64,000 bases of DNA from Azolla caroliniana (lineage: Eukaryota > Plantae > Polypodiophyta), in contig JBHGNT010000016.1 in assembly GCA_043228905.1 (NCBI GenBank), forward strand, positions 13,702,001-13,766,000. Reading direction: 5' to 3'. A model generated the notes under the pieces. It was not told the origin of the DNA, ran no database searches, and saw nothing but the letters and a program-made list of their open reading frames with translations. The position numbers were made by a program, and so were the translations under genes. Shown here in pieces: positions 24,604 through 36,244 of this stretch (position 1 is its first letter; the number at the start of each line of letters is the position of its first letter).

Positions 24604-26157
24604 CTATGTGATGACATTAGCACCGATCGTGGATGGTACAATGGACAACACATTTGTGCCGACCCTTTTCTTCTTTTTTGGGAAATCAAGTACTAACTGT
24701 TCTTTACTGCACCCTGGGCTGGGCATGATGCTTCTCCATAAAGACAACTTCATATCATTTGCCGCTTCCTCAATGGTAAGCTCTATCTGCTTCGCAGCTG
24801 AGCTCTTCAATTCTAATTGAGGGTCAACTTTCGACTTCTTCTGTCTTTGACCCTTCACTTCCTTATTCTCCCACATCGTAAATATTTGATCTTGGAGTTC
24901 CCAGACTCCTCCATCCCTAAATGCGAGTTGAAACCACGGCTCATACTTTCTGATTCCATCAGACTTCACTGCATCGTCCACCACAATTCCCACTTCATGG
25001 AGACATTGACGTCGTAGAGCTGGATATAATTTCGCTCCATATTTCGTTTTCCCGTCGAGGTACTCGTGGTGAAAAAATCTAATGCATTCGATGGAGGACA
25101 TCTTAGATCACTCAAGAGGATCCACCATTACAATAAAAGGCACGACTATTGCATGAGGGTTGATTTTACTCTTCTTCTTTAAATTTTGGACGTGCAACTT
25201 ATGTGGTTCCCTGATCTCCAAAGGGTGACGTCCTGTATTCTCATCCACTGGGGGGTGATGAATATGGGTTATCGGAAGGTTAAAAACTTTTCCCTTCCGC
25301 ACAAGTTTTCTATGTATTAAGTCCCTTCTAATTTTATTTTGTTCTGATGAGAACACACCAGATGCCAGCTCTGCTCCTGGTGTGGCTTGAGCCTCTTCAT
25401 CCTCTGTTGAACTCGATGACTCAGAATTTGACATTCTTGTCACCTTCTTTTTTGAGGGCCTGGACTGCACCGCAAATTTCCTTATTGGTGCTTTTTTCGG
25501 CGATAAGGAGGTTGTCTTCAAATTAACATGACCTTGAATATATGGCCTCAGTGTTGTTATTAAGTTAGTACTTGTCTCAATAGCATGTCAGAAGGATTCT
25601 GGCCCGCATGAATCCTTCAACAAGTAGTCTTCGAAGACCATCATCTGTCGGACTCCTTTTGTACATTTGACTAATACAATCAAATTAGTTGAGTCTACAT
25701 CTTCATAGTCCAGCCGCAAGATTTTGCCATAGCTAAATGCACGATCTTGAGCAAGCATACCACGTCCAGCTAGTCTGGTAATTAACAATACTACTTTCTT
25801 TTTCGAGTCTACATATTGCATTGCCCACTCATATCCAGTTAAGTCTATATCTAACTGGTCATCACTTCCTCCAACCGCGGCAAATGTTTTTTGACTAACC
25901 TCGTCAAACGGCAGCCTCACGACTTCATCTTCAAACATGAGTTTCTTTCCCTTTTGTGGATATGTCACAACAGGGATCTTTGTGTTGTCTGGAGGTGAGC
26001 TTTGATACTTAATCCGAATTCTGCTGAGTGGCCTCTCCTCCTTAGTGTCAACCGACTTGCATAAAATAATACAACAGATGAACCTAAACCTATAAACTCT
26101 CAAATTATGGGGTGACAAATTATATACAGTATGCAGATTGGTAGTTTGGAACGTCAA
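24604..26157 (-). pseudogene. Orphan accessory gene with a partial ParB/Srx-like N-terminal motif, internally deleted
   Basis: ORFs 25588-26157, 25108-25521 and 24604-25101 are collinear. FNLPITHI...LEIREP...HVQNLK...VPFIVMVDP fits the first half of a ParB-like fold (inference). TACTAAC on minus near 25564 suggests an intron. Confidence 0.4.
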
Positions 26158-26379
26158 ATTAGCAATCCAATATACTTATGGATGTGAAACCTAGGGATTG
26201 GACAAAGGAAAATGTATATTTAATGTCTCATAGTCCACCGAACACTAAAATCAATAAGATTTTGGTATCCCCAACAGAACCTAAATATCAATTGTATTGA
26301 CCCAATTTGACCGTATTTTGACCTAATTTAGAATTGTTGAACCTATTTTACTACTTATTTTTTGTCTAATATGTGTTAT

Positions 26380-27150
26380 GACCCCCAACTCGATACGGCG
26401 TATCAAGTTTAAGTCCTGGGAGCCACAACTCGATACGCCGTATCCAGTTAAGGCCCCCGTGTATTGAGTTTTAGCACTGGGAGCCACAACTCGATACGGC
26501 GTATCGAGGTAAGACACCCAACTCATTACGTCGTATCGAGTTTTAGCCCTGGGAGCCACAACACGTTACACCATAACGAGTTAAGTCCACGCGAAACGAG
26601 TTGAGGCTCCTAGGAGCCACAATTCGATACGCCGTATCAAGTCGAAACGAGTTGGGAGGCATAACTCGATACGGCGTATAGAGTTATGTCCCCCAACTCG
26701 ATACGGCGTATTGAGTTATGTCTCCCAACTCATTACGGCGTATCGAGTTATGTTAACCCACTAGATATGGCGTATCGAGTTGTGGCCCTAGGAGCCACAA
26801 CTCGATACAGTGTATCGAGTTATGTCACCCAACTCGTTACGCCGTATTGAGTTGTGGCTCCTAGGGATACAACTCGATACGGCGTATCGAGTTGTAGCCC
26901 TAGGAGCCACATCTCGATACGGCGTATCGATTTATGTCCCACAACTCGATGCGCCATATCGAGTTGTAGCTCTAGGAGGCACCACTCGATACGGCGTATC
27001 GAGTTGTAGCCCTAAGAGGCATAACGCGATACGCCGTAACAAGTTGGGGAACATAACTCGATATGCCGTATCGAGTTGGGAATCTTAACTTACTACGGCG
27101 TATCTAGTTCTAGCCTTAGGAACCACTAGATACGGCGTAACGAGTTCTAA
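26380..27150. repeat. Array of AACTCGATAC-(GGC/GCC)-GTATCGAGTT palindromes
   Basis: About 20 copies of a 10-bp-arm inverted repeat with a 3-nt centre, linked by GCCCTAGGAGCCAC or ATGTCCCC spacers. Confidence 0.92.
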
Positions 27151-27510
27151 TACGAAATAAAAAGCATGTAGATGGTCATATGTCCGTACAGTTTAGGGTT
27201 TAGATCCTACCTGCTATCAGAACGGGCAGTCTTTTTGCTCGACATGATGATCGTGAGGCATCTTGGGAGTTATTGCGTCTGTGCTTTGGTGCTCTGGGCA
27301 ATGGTTACGCTGAACTGTGGGGAATGAAAAAAAGAGGTCGGTTCTATTTATGGGAGGGGAAGGGACCATAGTTAAAAAAGTAAACATGGTTACAATAAAA
27401 TGCCAATAGTGCCTTTAGTTATTTGTCTGCGACGTCTGTCGCCGCCTGCTACCGAGTTGCAGTCCCTCCCCCATCGTGCGCTGCTGTCGTCTGTTGCCGC
27501 GCTGCCGCCT

Positions 27511-27620
27511 CTGACGTCCGTCGCCGTCTGCTGCCGTCTGCTGACGTCCGTCGCCGTCTGCTGCCGTCTGCTGACGTCCGTCGCCGTCTGCTGACGTCCG
27601 TTGCCGTCTGCTGCCGTCGG
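27511..27620 (+). repeat. 30-bp tandem repeats in the LINE 5' region
   Basis: CTGACGTCCGTCGCCGTCTGCTGCCGTCTG, about 3.5 copies. Confidence 0.85.
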
Positions 27621-27867
27621 CGTGCTGGACGACCTACTGCAGTTCGTCATCATCCGTTGTAGTCGCCGTTGCCGTTGCCGTGCTCTTCTCCACCTTGTTT
27701 CTTGAGGTTGCCGAGTGTCACGTTTCTTCTCTTGGCGGCGCATCCTTGTTCTTTTAGCGTGCTCGTCATGTGCGAAATGCCAATGTGACTACGACATAAC
27801 ACAAACTCGGCTAAGTCTCGAACCCATTTATTTTATCCTTTTTTTTTCTTTTCTTATTGGCACTACA

Positions 27868-28674
27868 ATGTCTAAACGAAAGGAACACAAGGATACACAA
27901 GACGAGGCTATAAGTAAGGAGGACTTTTTGGATATGTTTAACCGTTTAACAAAAATAGAGACGGATATGAAAAAATGGGTGAAAGACGCCGAAACCCACA
28001 AGAAAAAAGATAGAGAGGAAAAAGACACCCTCAAGGCCGAAATAGAAAAACTTAAAGAGGAAAACACAAACCTCAAACAACAACTTAATGACATCAAGGT
28101 ATCCCGAGAGGACGGTGAAATATCCTCCATAGAGGATATAAAAGATGAGATCAAAAAAGTTAAAGAGGAGGTTAAAAATAACATAGAATTAGCAAAAACG
28201 GGTTGGGTAGATGTCGTTAAAAGAAACATTAAAAAAGAAATAAAGGATGAAAATATTGTTAATACCACCCTCGAAGAGGAGAAAATGCGTCAGGCCCGAC
28301 GCCTAAATGTGCGTGTCACTGGGCTCAAGGAAGGTGCATCCCCGGACGAGGATGCACAAACACTCGGGAAAATGCTAGGGTACACAACGACCCTACCTAT
28401 CACCAAAGCTTGGAGGGCCGGACGCGACACAACTAGGAAGAGAGCCTTAGTTCTTCAATTTAAAGACTTAGACTCTAGAATCACTTTCTTTAAGAAGAGA
28501 CCAATTCTTCGAGGATTGGGTGGGGACCCTATCTATCTCGATGAAGACCTCACCAAGATGCAAATTGAGCATCGCAAGAGTTGTATGCCAAAGGTTATGC
28601 AAGCTCGCAAAGACGGGCATCGCGCCTTTTATCGAGATGGGCGAGTGATCATAAATGATCGCACTACTAATTGA
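27868..28674 (+). CDS. LINE ORF1 (coiled coil plus RRM-like and C-terminal domain)
   Basis: First in-frame ATG at 27868; heptad-rich region; RRLNVRVTGL and IYLDEDLT motifs typical of LINE ORF1 proteins. Confidence 0.85.
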   Translation: MSKRKEHKDTQDEAISKEDFLDMFNRLTKIETDMKKWVKDAETHKKKDREEKDTLKAEIEKLKEENTNLKQQLNDIKVSREDGEISSIEDIKDEIKKVKEEVKNNIELAKTGWVDVVKRNIKKEIKDENIVNTTLEEEKMRQARRLNVRVTGLKEGASPDEDAQTLGKMLGYTTTLPITKAWRAGRDTTRKRALVLQFKDLDSRITFFKKRPILRGLGGDPIYLDEDLTKMQIEHRKSCMPKVMQARKDGHRAFYRDGRVIINDRTTN

Positions 28675-28680
28675 CGGCGT

Positions 28681-31600
28681 GTGGCCCATGTGACAGAAAA
28701 CACACTTAGGATGACCTTATGGAATTGTAACGGCGCACTCTGGACACACCCCGGCCGCCTAGAGGGGATATTAAAGGAATCAGATATAGTTTGCCTAGTA
28801 GAAACACACCAAAGCCCAAATAGGGGACTCCCACGAGTCGAAGGATTTCGTTGGGAGTCGGCTTTTAGACAAACCTCACGTCGATGCACTACCAGGGGAT
28901 CTGGAGGTGTCGCAATATTGTTTCGGAGGGAGCTACATAATAGGATAGAAATACTGAGCACTGACCCAGAAGCTCGTTTTATGTGGGTGAAAGTCTCCAC
29001 AAGCAAGGACAAGGCAGTAATTTTCGCCATTTGTTACTTCCCCCCAAAAGGCTCTCGTTATAATCTGGCTGGCGAGGCGAGATTAGTTGATGACGGAGTG
29101 CCACATGGGCCTTCCCCATATGAACCTCTATCGGATGACATAATCCGATATTCTTCCCAAGGCGAAGTATTCCTTGTAGGAGACTTTAATGCGAGGACCC
29201 AATCCCGACAATGCACAATATTTCAAATGAATAGAAACCTAGAAATGGTAAATGTTGATCCTTCAGACATAGACACCACACGTAAATCAAAGGATCAAGG
29301 TGCAGACGCCACGAGCTTTGGCCATCATTTGCTCGAACTCGGTAGTCGGCACCAGATGGTCATATATAATGGTTTAGCCAAGTGGCCAGGTTCGGAAGAG
29401 CTCACATGTTTCCCACATGGAGGAGGGGAAAGCACAGTCGATTATCTAATAGGACGCCCTGAAGCCACCCACATGATTAACTCCTTCCGAGTGGCCCCAT
29501 GTCCTATTGGCGCGGACCATAGTTTCTTATACTTCGAGATAAAATGCGATATCTCTAACGTCACCAACTCTAGTCAACCACGCCATGACATCACAATACA
29601 TTTCACACATGAGCTCTCTGACATATATGCTCGACATGTTCAAGCCCATCTGTCCTCCCTTGATCCCTCCCTACCTTTAGAGAGCCTTAATACGAAACTC
29701 ACACACATCCTTCATTCTGCAGCGGTTAGCAGCTTCCCATACACGAAACACTCCAATCAAGGTAAAGTAGGATCTATGCCACAAAATAGATGGTATGATG
29801 AGGATTGTAGGTGCTTACATCGACAACTTACAATATCGCAACTCAGTGGTAGTATTACCTCAGTACAAGCTCGTAAAGAAATGCGCAAGATGACACGTCG
29901 TAAGAGACGAGCATGGGAGGCATCCCAATATTGGGAACTCTACCACATGCTCATGAGTAACGATTGTGCCACTGCATGGAAGAGATTACGGGAACCAAGA
30001 CCACAAACACCCATCGAAGATCCCGAAACTTGGCACACTTATACAGAGAGACTTTACCACATCCCAAACCAACCACCCATTCCAATGCCTTCCACACCCC
30101 GACCTACTGTGGGGACACTCTTCACGACCTCTAGGGTCACGAAGGTCATAAAGAAATTACAACATAGGAAGTCCATGGACCACACAGGGTTGCGAGCAGA
30201 ACACATCATATACGCGAGAGAGTGCCTAGCTCCCTTACTAACTCTAATCTTCAATCGTGCCCTTGCAGAGGGTTTTCCATCACAATGGACCATGAACACA
30301 GTGGCCCCCATACATAAGGGGGGGGACCCCATGGATCCAAATACTTATAGGACCATTATGATAGGTCATACCCTTGCTAAATTATATGGTGCAGTAATGG
30401 AGGCAGAGCTTAGCGAGTATATGGAGACCTTAAATCTTCGTGCACCTGAACAGGCCGGTTTTAGACGAGCCTTCTCCACTATTGACCATATCTTCACACT
30501 TAGATGCTTAATTGACCAGACTAAGGCTCGCAAGAAGAAACTATATTGTTGTTTTGTGGACTTCCGCAAAGCCTTTGACACGGTCCCTAGAGAGCGGTTG
30601 TTTGATAGGCTTAAGAGCTTGAGGATACCAGATGACATGGTTTGGGCCATCTACGCACTATATGAACAAGTGTCCGGGTGTGTTCGATGCCCAGGCGGCA
30701 TATCCGATAGTTTCACTAGCACTATTGGTGTAAAACAAGGTTGCCCCTTATCTCCGACTCTTTTTGGGATCTACATTGATGAGATCACAGATTTTATTGC
30801 TCGTAAGGGAGGCAATGGAGTAGTCCTTGGAGATACGCAGGTGCGTATCTTGCTCTATGCAGATGACATAGTTTTGCTCTCTGAATCCGAACACGACCTA
30901 CAAAGGCACCTTAATGCCTTAGATGACTTTTGCACACAACGAGGATTGGTAGTGAATCTAGGGAAAACTAAAGTCCTTATCTTCCACACGTCGGCCCAAG
31001 TTAGGGCTAAGTGTCACCTAACTATCTCCCATAGCCCAGTTGAGGTGGTTGGATCATATGTCTATCTCGGAGTCACTTTCAGTGCCCGCTCAGGTAAATT
31101 TTCGATGACACAAGCAGCGAAGGATAGACTTACAAGAGGACATGCATCCCTCTCACTCCTCGAGAGACAATGCCACCAAGCATACTTCCAAGAGCCACGA
31201 ACTAAAGGGTGGCTCTTTGACTCATTAGTGACTCCCTCTCTCATGTATGCATCAGCGGTTTGGGCCCCAGGACTACCATCTTTCATGTGGACGCAATTAG
31301 AGAGACCATTGGTGATGATGTTATCACGCCAACTCCGAAGCAAATCGTCGGTCCCACATGACATTATTAGGGCTGAGTTCACTCTACCCCCTATGTTAGT
31401 AGAAGCACTTTTTCAACTGGTAGTCTTTATACACAGGATACATAACCAACCACTTGATAGAATATCCCACCAAGCCTTTAAGGCTTCTCGAGCATTGTAT
31501 GAGTCCGGCTATACTAGCTCATGGTATGGCATGATGGTGAGTTGGCTTCTTGCCAACGGTCTAGACATTACTAACCTCCCCCCCCTTAAGTACGACCACA

Positions 31601-32424
31601 CGAATGATAACACTTTACTCTCTCATGAGGACCGTAATAAAGTAATACGCCAAGAAATATGGCAAATTTATATCCGGTATAAATGGATCACCCCACTAGA
31701 GCCACTCCCATCTAAAATGTCGTACTATAAAGAACACTTTATGCACTTCTCTGAGTTAGGTTTTATCACGCGCCCAAAATATCTAGATGTATTCTTACCA
31801 CATGCACTAAGGGTTGCCATTGGTCAATTTAGAATATCATCTCACCAACTTGAGATTGAGAATGGACGTACTAATGGAGTCCCTAGGGAGGAAAGGATAT
31901 GTCGGTTATGCCACATAGAGATAGAGGATGAGTACCATTTTACATGCAAATGCCCCACCTATGCCGAGATAAGGGCAAAATACCAAGACATACTTGGTTC
32001 CTCTCCCACCCTCCCTAAACTATTAGATACACTAGATATAAAGAAATTAGGTAGATACATCTTAGAATTGAAACACCACAGAGAGAACAAATTACAAAAC
32101 GTTGATAATAATGTTGCTAATGTTTACCAACATATAACAAATGAAGTTTTTCAGGAACAGGGGGAGACAATGAATGTCGACACACCTGTACCACTCGGAC
32201 TTCTCCTTCATGAAGCAGAAAATCAAAGAAGAACCAAACGCCCTCGGATGCCGGGTTTCAAAGCAACTCGACGAGATGTAGAAGCAATAACGAAAATAAG
32301 GGAACGTGAACTACACCGCCTGGAAGCCATGGCTAGGGCACTCTATGCATCGGGACCATGGGTCACACCCACACCAAAAACTTTTGACCTCCCACTTCTT
32401 TTTGAGAGACTTGGGTGGAAATGA
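28681..32424 (+). CDS. LINE ORF2: apurinic-like endonuclease, reverse transcriptase, CCHC zinc finger
   Basis: WNCNG, LVET, GDFNAR, VDY, ADH (APE); QAGFR, FVDFRKAFD, GVKQGCPLSP, LYADD (RT); FRISSHQLEIENGR...C-x2-C...EDEYHF...C. 1247 uninterrupted codons. Confidence 0.96.
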   Translation: MAHVTENTLRMTLWNCNGALWTHPGRLEGILKESDIVCLVETHQSPNRGLPRVEGFRWESAFRQTSRRCTTRGSGGVAILFRRELHNRIEILSTDPEARFMWVKVSTSKDKAVIFAICYFPPKGSRYNLAGEARLVDDGVPHGPSPYEPLSDDIIRYSSQGEVFLVGDFNARTQSRQCTIFQMNRNLEMVNVDPSDIDTTRKSKDQGADATSFGHHLLELGSRHQMVIYNGLAKWPGSEELTCFPHGGGESTVDYLIGRPEATHMINSFRVAPCPIGADHSFLYFEIKCDISNVTNSSQPRHDITIHFTHELSDIYARHVQAHLSSLDPSLPLESLNTKLTHILHSAAVSSFPYTKHSNQGKVGSMPQNRWYDEDCRCLHRQLTISQLSGSITSVQARKEMRKMTRRKRRAWEASQYWELYHMLMSNDCATAWKRLREPRPQTPIEDPETWHTYTERLYHIPNQPPIPMPSTPRPTVGTLFTTSRVTKVIKKLQHRKSMDHTGLRAEHIIYARECLAPLLTLIFNRALAEGFPSQWTMNTVAPIHKGGDPMDPNTYRTIMIGHTLAKLYGAVMEAELSEYMETLNLRAPEQAGFRRAFSTIDHIFTLRCLIDQTKARKKKLYCCFVDFRKAFDTVPRERLFDRLKSLRIPDDMVWAIYALYEQVSGCVRCPGGISDSFTSTIGVKQGCPLSPTLFGIYIDEITDFIARKGGNGVVLGDTQVRILLYADDIVLLSESEHDLQRHLNALDDFCTQRGLVVNLGKTKVLIFHTSAQVRAKCHLTISHSPVEVVGSYVYLGVTFSARSGKFSMTQAAKDRLTRGHASLSLLERQCHQAYFQEPRTKGWLFDSLVTPSLMYASAVWAPGLPSFMWTQLERPLVMMLSRQLRSKSSVPHDIIRAEFTLPPMLVEALFQLVVFIHRIHNQPLDRISHQAFKASRALYESGYTSSWYGMMVSWLLANGLDITNLPPLKYDHTNDNTLLSHEDRNKVIRQEIWQIYIRYKWITPLEPLPSKMSYYKEHFMHFSELGFITRPKYLDVFLPHALRVAIGQFRISSHQLEIENGRTNGVPREERICRLCHIEIEDEYHFTCKCPTYAEIRAKYQDILGSSPTLPKLLDTLDIKKLGRYILELKHHRENKLQNVDNNVANVYQHITNEVFQEQGETMNVDTPVPLGLLLHEAENQRRTKRPRMPGFKATRRDVEAITKIRERELHRLEAMARALYASGPWVTPTPKTFDLPLLFERLGWK

Positions 32425-32580
32425 GATTAGGCTTGGTGCAAAGTTTTATACACTACTAGAACTTTCTTAGCTTAAGCTATTTTCTTTTATTTTTAGTTTT
32501 GATGATTGGATAAACACTCATCTTTTGTTGTAACCTATTTGTCTCATGGGCCAAATTTGGCCTTAGAAGACGTTAATATA

Positions 32581-32607
32581 TCTTTCTTTCTTCTTTCTTT
32601 CTTTCTT
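32581..32607 (+). repeat. (TTTC)n LINE 3' tail
   Basis: Microsatellite about 155 nt after the ORF2 stop. Confidence 0.85.
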
Positions 32608-32853
32608 AGAATTCATATTTATTATTATCATAAAATAATGATTACCGTTATACTTTATGTGTAATATGATCATTATGATCTAGTAGTTATGATTTCATAC
32701 TTATGTGTACTATGATTTACTACCTATTATGATCTAGTACTTATTATGATTTAATTCATGTGCAAGGTCAGTCCTATGATTGAGTATACTTACCTACATT
32801 TATGATAGTCTAATGATTTTGACTTTGAGAACATTCACTAATTGGGTGAGGAT

Positions 32854-33288
32854 TAGCAATGGGCACAGTTTCAGCTCAAACTGAACTGAACCGTTAAGCC
32901 ATGGCTTAATGGTTTATTGGTTCAAATATAAATAAATCGTTTGGTTTGGTTTCAAATATTATGATCCGGTTTGGTTTCGGTTCGGTTCGGTTTTGAATTT
33001 CATGGTTTAGCGGATTTTTGATTTTGGTTCGGTTTGGTTTTGATTTTCACGGTTTAGCGGTTTCAGCTTATGTGGTTTGGTTTAAAGGTTTGGTTTGGTT
33101 TTGATTTATGATAAACCGATTTGGTTTGGTTCTAAAAATTTCATAAATGGTTTGGTTTAAACGGTTCGTCTCTAAACGGTTCGGTTTAAATGGCTTCATA
33201 AAATTTAAACAGTCTGGTTTGGTTTTTAATATAAATAAATGGTTTGGTTTGGTTTCAAGGCCAAGAAACCGAACCGCGCCCATTACTA
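32854..33288. mobile_element. Non-autonomous hAT-type MITE
   Basis: Perfect 8-bp TSD GTGAGGAT; imperfect TIRs TAGCAATGGGCAC/GCGCCCATTACTA; interior of GGTT(T/C) pentamers. Confidence 0.9.
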
Positions 33289-33491
33289 GTGAGGATAGTG
33301 GTATTATGCAATTATGTGACGTGTACACGTGATCAATTTTTATTTATAACTAATAGAAATATAGAAAAAATTATATAATAAAATATACAAAATACATATA
33401 TACTTCCTTAGAATTCTATTTGTAGTTTAAGTATGTCTTACAATATGTATGCTTAGGGAGTGAATTATAAAGGATATTAGAACGTCAAACA

Positions 33492-36244
33492 ATGGGAAAT
33501 AATTCACCCTTTTCTGTTGAGGAATATCAACTATCATCGGATTCCTCACCTTCTCTGGGGTTTTCGGTAGAAGAATTCCATTGGTCTCAAGATTCTAATT
33601 TCTCCGTTGAGGAGTATATAATCTCCGACAATCCAGTCAATACGACAAGATGCCTTGAATTCTCAATTGAAGAGTATGACCCATACGCGGACTCGGGTGA
33701 GAATGTAGGTGATTGTCAAAGTCCCGAAAGTATTTCTACTCAGCAATAGAGAACAAATGTGCGCCAAGAGGAGGACACACCAATATTAGCTAAGGATGAC
33801 AATAAGTCAGTGAGCCCCTTATTTTTCAAAAGGGTCTCAAGACGTATTAGTCGAGAAAGATTTGCTTTAGTGACATCTGAGGCCCCACTTACGGTAGATG
33901 TTAAAAAGACATGTTGCGCTCGTGGGTGTATGGCGATTATTGGAAAGCAAAATTTGTGGTCTTTGAGACGTTACTATTTTTCACTCAATGGTGATGAACA
34001 AGACACCTATCTTATGACACACTTATAGATGGTGTCAGACAAAGCCTCAGATATCTCGATCTCTTTCGAGTATTACCTTTTACGGCACGACAATGTTGTA
34101 GAGTGGCATTCAAGATCACACTCTGTGTGAGCAACATGAGATTACATTGAGTGCAATAGAGAGTTTTAAACGGCAACAATCCCATTGAAGATGATAATTT
34201 GCCAAGTATGAAGGGTGCATCAGGTAGAAATGCGATCTCCTAGATGAAGACATACTTCAAGTTCAATTGTGAGATAATGCAAACTACCGGTAGGTTGCAT
34301 CTCTTTGACAATTATACACGTCGAGAAGTTTATGATTCCTATAGATTGGAAATGTCAACTTGTTGCAACAAGTATGTCACCTACAGTCAATTCACAAGGT
34401 TGTGGACATTGCACTTTAGTAATGTTATTATACCTCGTAAAGTACGTATGGGGTATTGTTTAGTATGTGCAAACCTAAAGAGCGTGTGTAAAGGGGCAAA
34501 GACAGAGACAGAGAAGGAGCTAAACAAGAAATTGTTACAAGATCACCAAGAAGCCCAAGAATTAGAGCGAAAAAGAGTTATGCACCATAGGGAAAAGTCG
34601 ATAAACAATCCAACTAAGTACATGTGTTTAATGATAGATGGAATGGACCAAAAGAAGACGTGTCTACCTCATCTTAAACGTCTTCCTAAAGATGTCAACG
34701 ACGATTGTCTCGTGCAGATGCACTTGGTGGGTTGTTTAGCCTATAATGGAATTGTGAAGCCTCATGTCTTCGTCACCTACCCAAATGTCCACAATGACCC
34801 TAATTTAACAATCACTGTGATTCAAAAAGTATTGATGTCTTGGGGGCTGTCTTTGCCGCCGGTTTTATATATTCAACTAGACAATACTACTCGGGAAAAC
34901 AAAAATTCTACGGTGTTTGGTTATCTAAGTATGCTAGTGAACCAAGGAATATTTAGGAAAGTGAAAGTTAACTTTCTATTGGTTGGTCACACACATAACC
35001 ATATCGATCAGATGTTCAGTAACTTCTCTAGGCAGTTATCACGATATGATGCTTTTATGTTACCTACGTTGTTCGACATCATTCGTGATGCATATACGCC
35101 ACGCCCAATCGTTGAACACTTGAAGGAAATATATGATTTCAAGAGATACATATTAGATGGTGGTGAGCGAAATGCCAAAGTGTTAGAGCCCTTAAATAAT
35201 ATAAGTTTCAACCACGTATTCTTAATAAATAAAAATGATCATAGTGGTTGTACATTATTATATGCAAAGCAGTATTCATCCTCCCCCCAATGGGAGCCTG
35301 AAGGTGGGTGTTAGTTTCTACTTCATATGCCTTCCACTTTTGTTTATGGTGCAGGACAAATGTCGATTGAGATTAAGAAAGTTGTCACCAATGTACTAGC
35401 TGATAATCCAAAGGATGTTTGGATGCAAGCGCTGCAAGACAAGCACAAGCACATTGACAATGCGAAGAAGTATGCTGGGGAACAAGACACATCATGGTGG
35501 GATGTGTTCTTTAAAGATCAAGAACAAATTGTTGACAATTGTGTCCTTGGTACTTGGACCGTGCAAATACCCTTCACCTGGAATATACAACAGTGTTGTA
35601 ATTCTCAAAATTCTCCTCTTGCACCTAATGAGATTAATGATAGCTTGCTCCATCCACCACAAAGGGACATATATGTTGGACCCAGGCTGACAAAAACAGC
35701 GGAAGCAAGGTGGCAAGGGAACTTGCAAGAATTGAAGATGGGTATGTTAATTGCTACACCTGCTGATGATAATGAGCTGGGACATCAATTTTGGATTGGT
35801 AAGGTTTTAGATGTGGTGATGCATGAGAACCAAAGCCAAATCCAGTCTATAAAGGTGCATTGGTACAACACTAAGAGAAAAAATGCCTTTACCGGCAAGT
35901 ATGCTTTAGAGATGATGGAATGCCCATGGTCAAGGGGGAATAGAAAGAGGAAAAGAAATATTCGTAGCACTTCATGCCTAAACATTGGTGACGTAGATAT
36001 TATTGTTTACGACTTCACACTAACAAAAGTTGGATGTCTTAGGAAGTCTACAATAGATATTATCAAGGAGAAATTACCTATTCTACAAGGGGTCTCATGT
36101 CAAGGGCAAACAAGATCGTCTATACATAACATGGAATGTCAACATCTAGTTTTAGATGAAGACAATGCCTTAATAGGTACATCCGAAGATGACGAGGAAC
36201 AATCTGCATTGTATATTAGTTATAGTAGCGACTATCGATCATGA
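33492..36244 (+). pseudogene. DDE transposase, Sola-like (DUF7869-type), disrupted
   Basis: IDGMDQKK, YIQLDNTTRENKN and FLLVGHTHNHIDQMFS motifs; upstream CC-x3-C and C-x2-C; several stops and a frameshift near 34080. Confidence 0.8.

Larger units (their letters stand above)
27400..32607 (+). mobile_element. Apparently intact non-LTR retrotransposon (LINE, RTEX-like)
   Basis: GC-rich repeat 5' region, ORF1, ORF2 (APE-RT-CCHC) and (TTTC)n tail. The 5' end is approximate and no TSD was found. Confidence 0.9.

Noticed and set aside
26380-27150. CRISPR-like repeat/spacer pattern
   Set aside because: Linkers are short and fall into two recurring classes rather than being unique spacers.
27715-27867. 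ORF1 N-terminal extension from the GTG start in the ORF track
   Set aside because: It translates a T-rich UTR-like stretch; ATG 27868 is the more plausible start.
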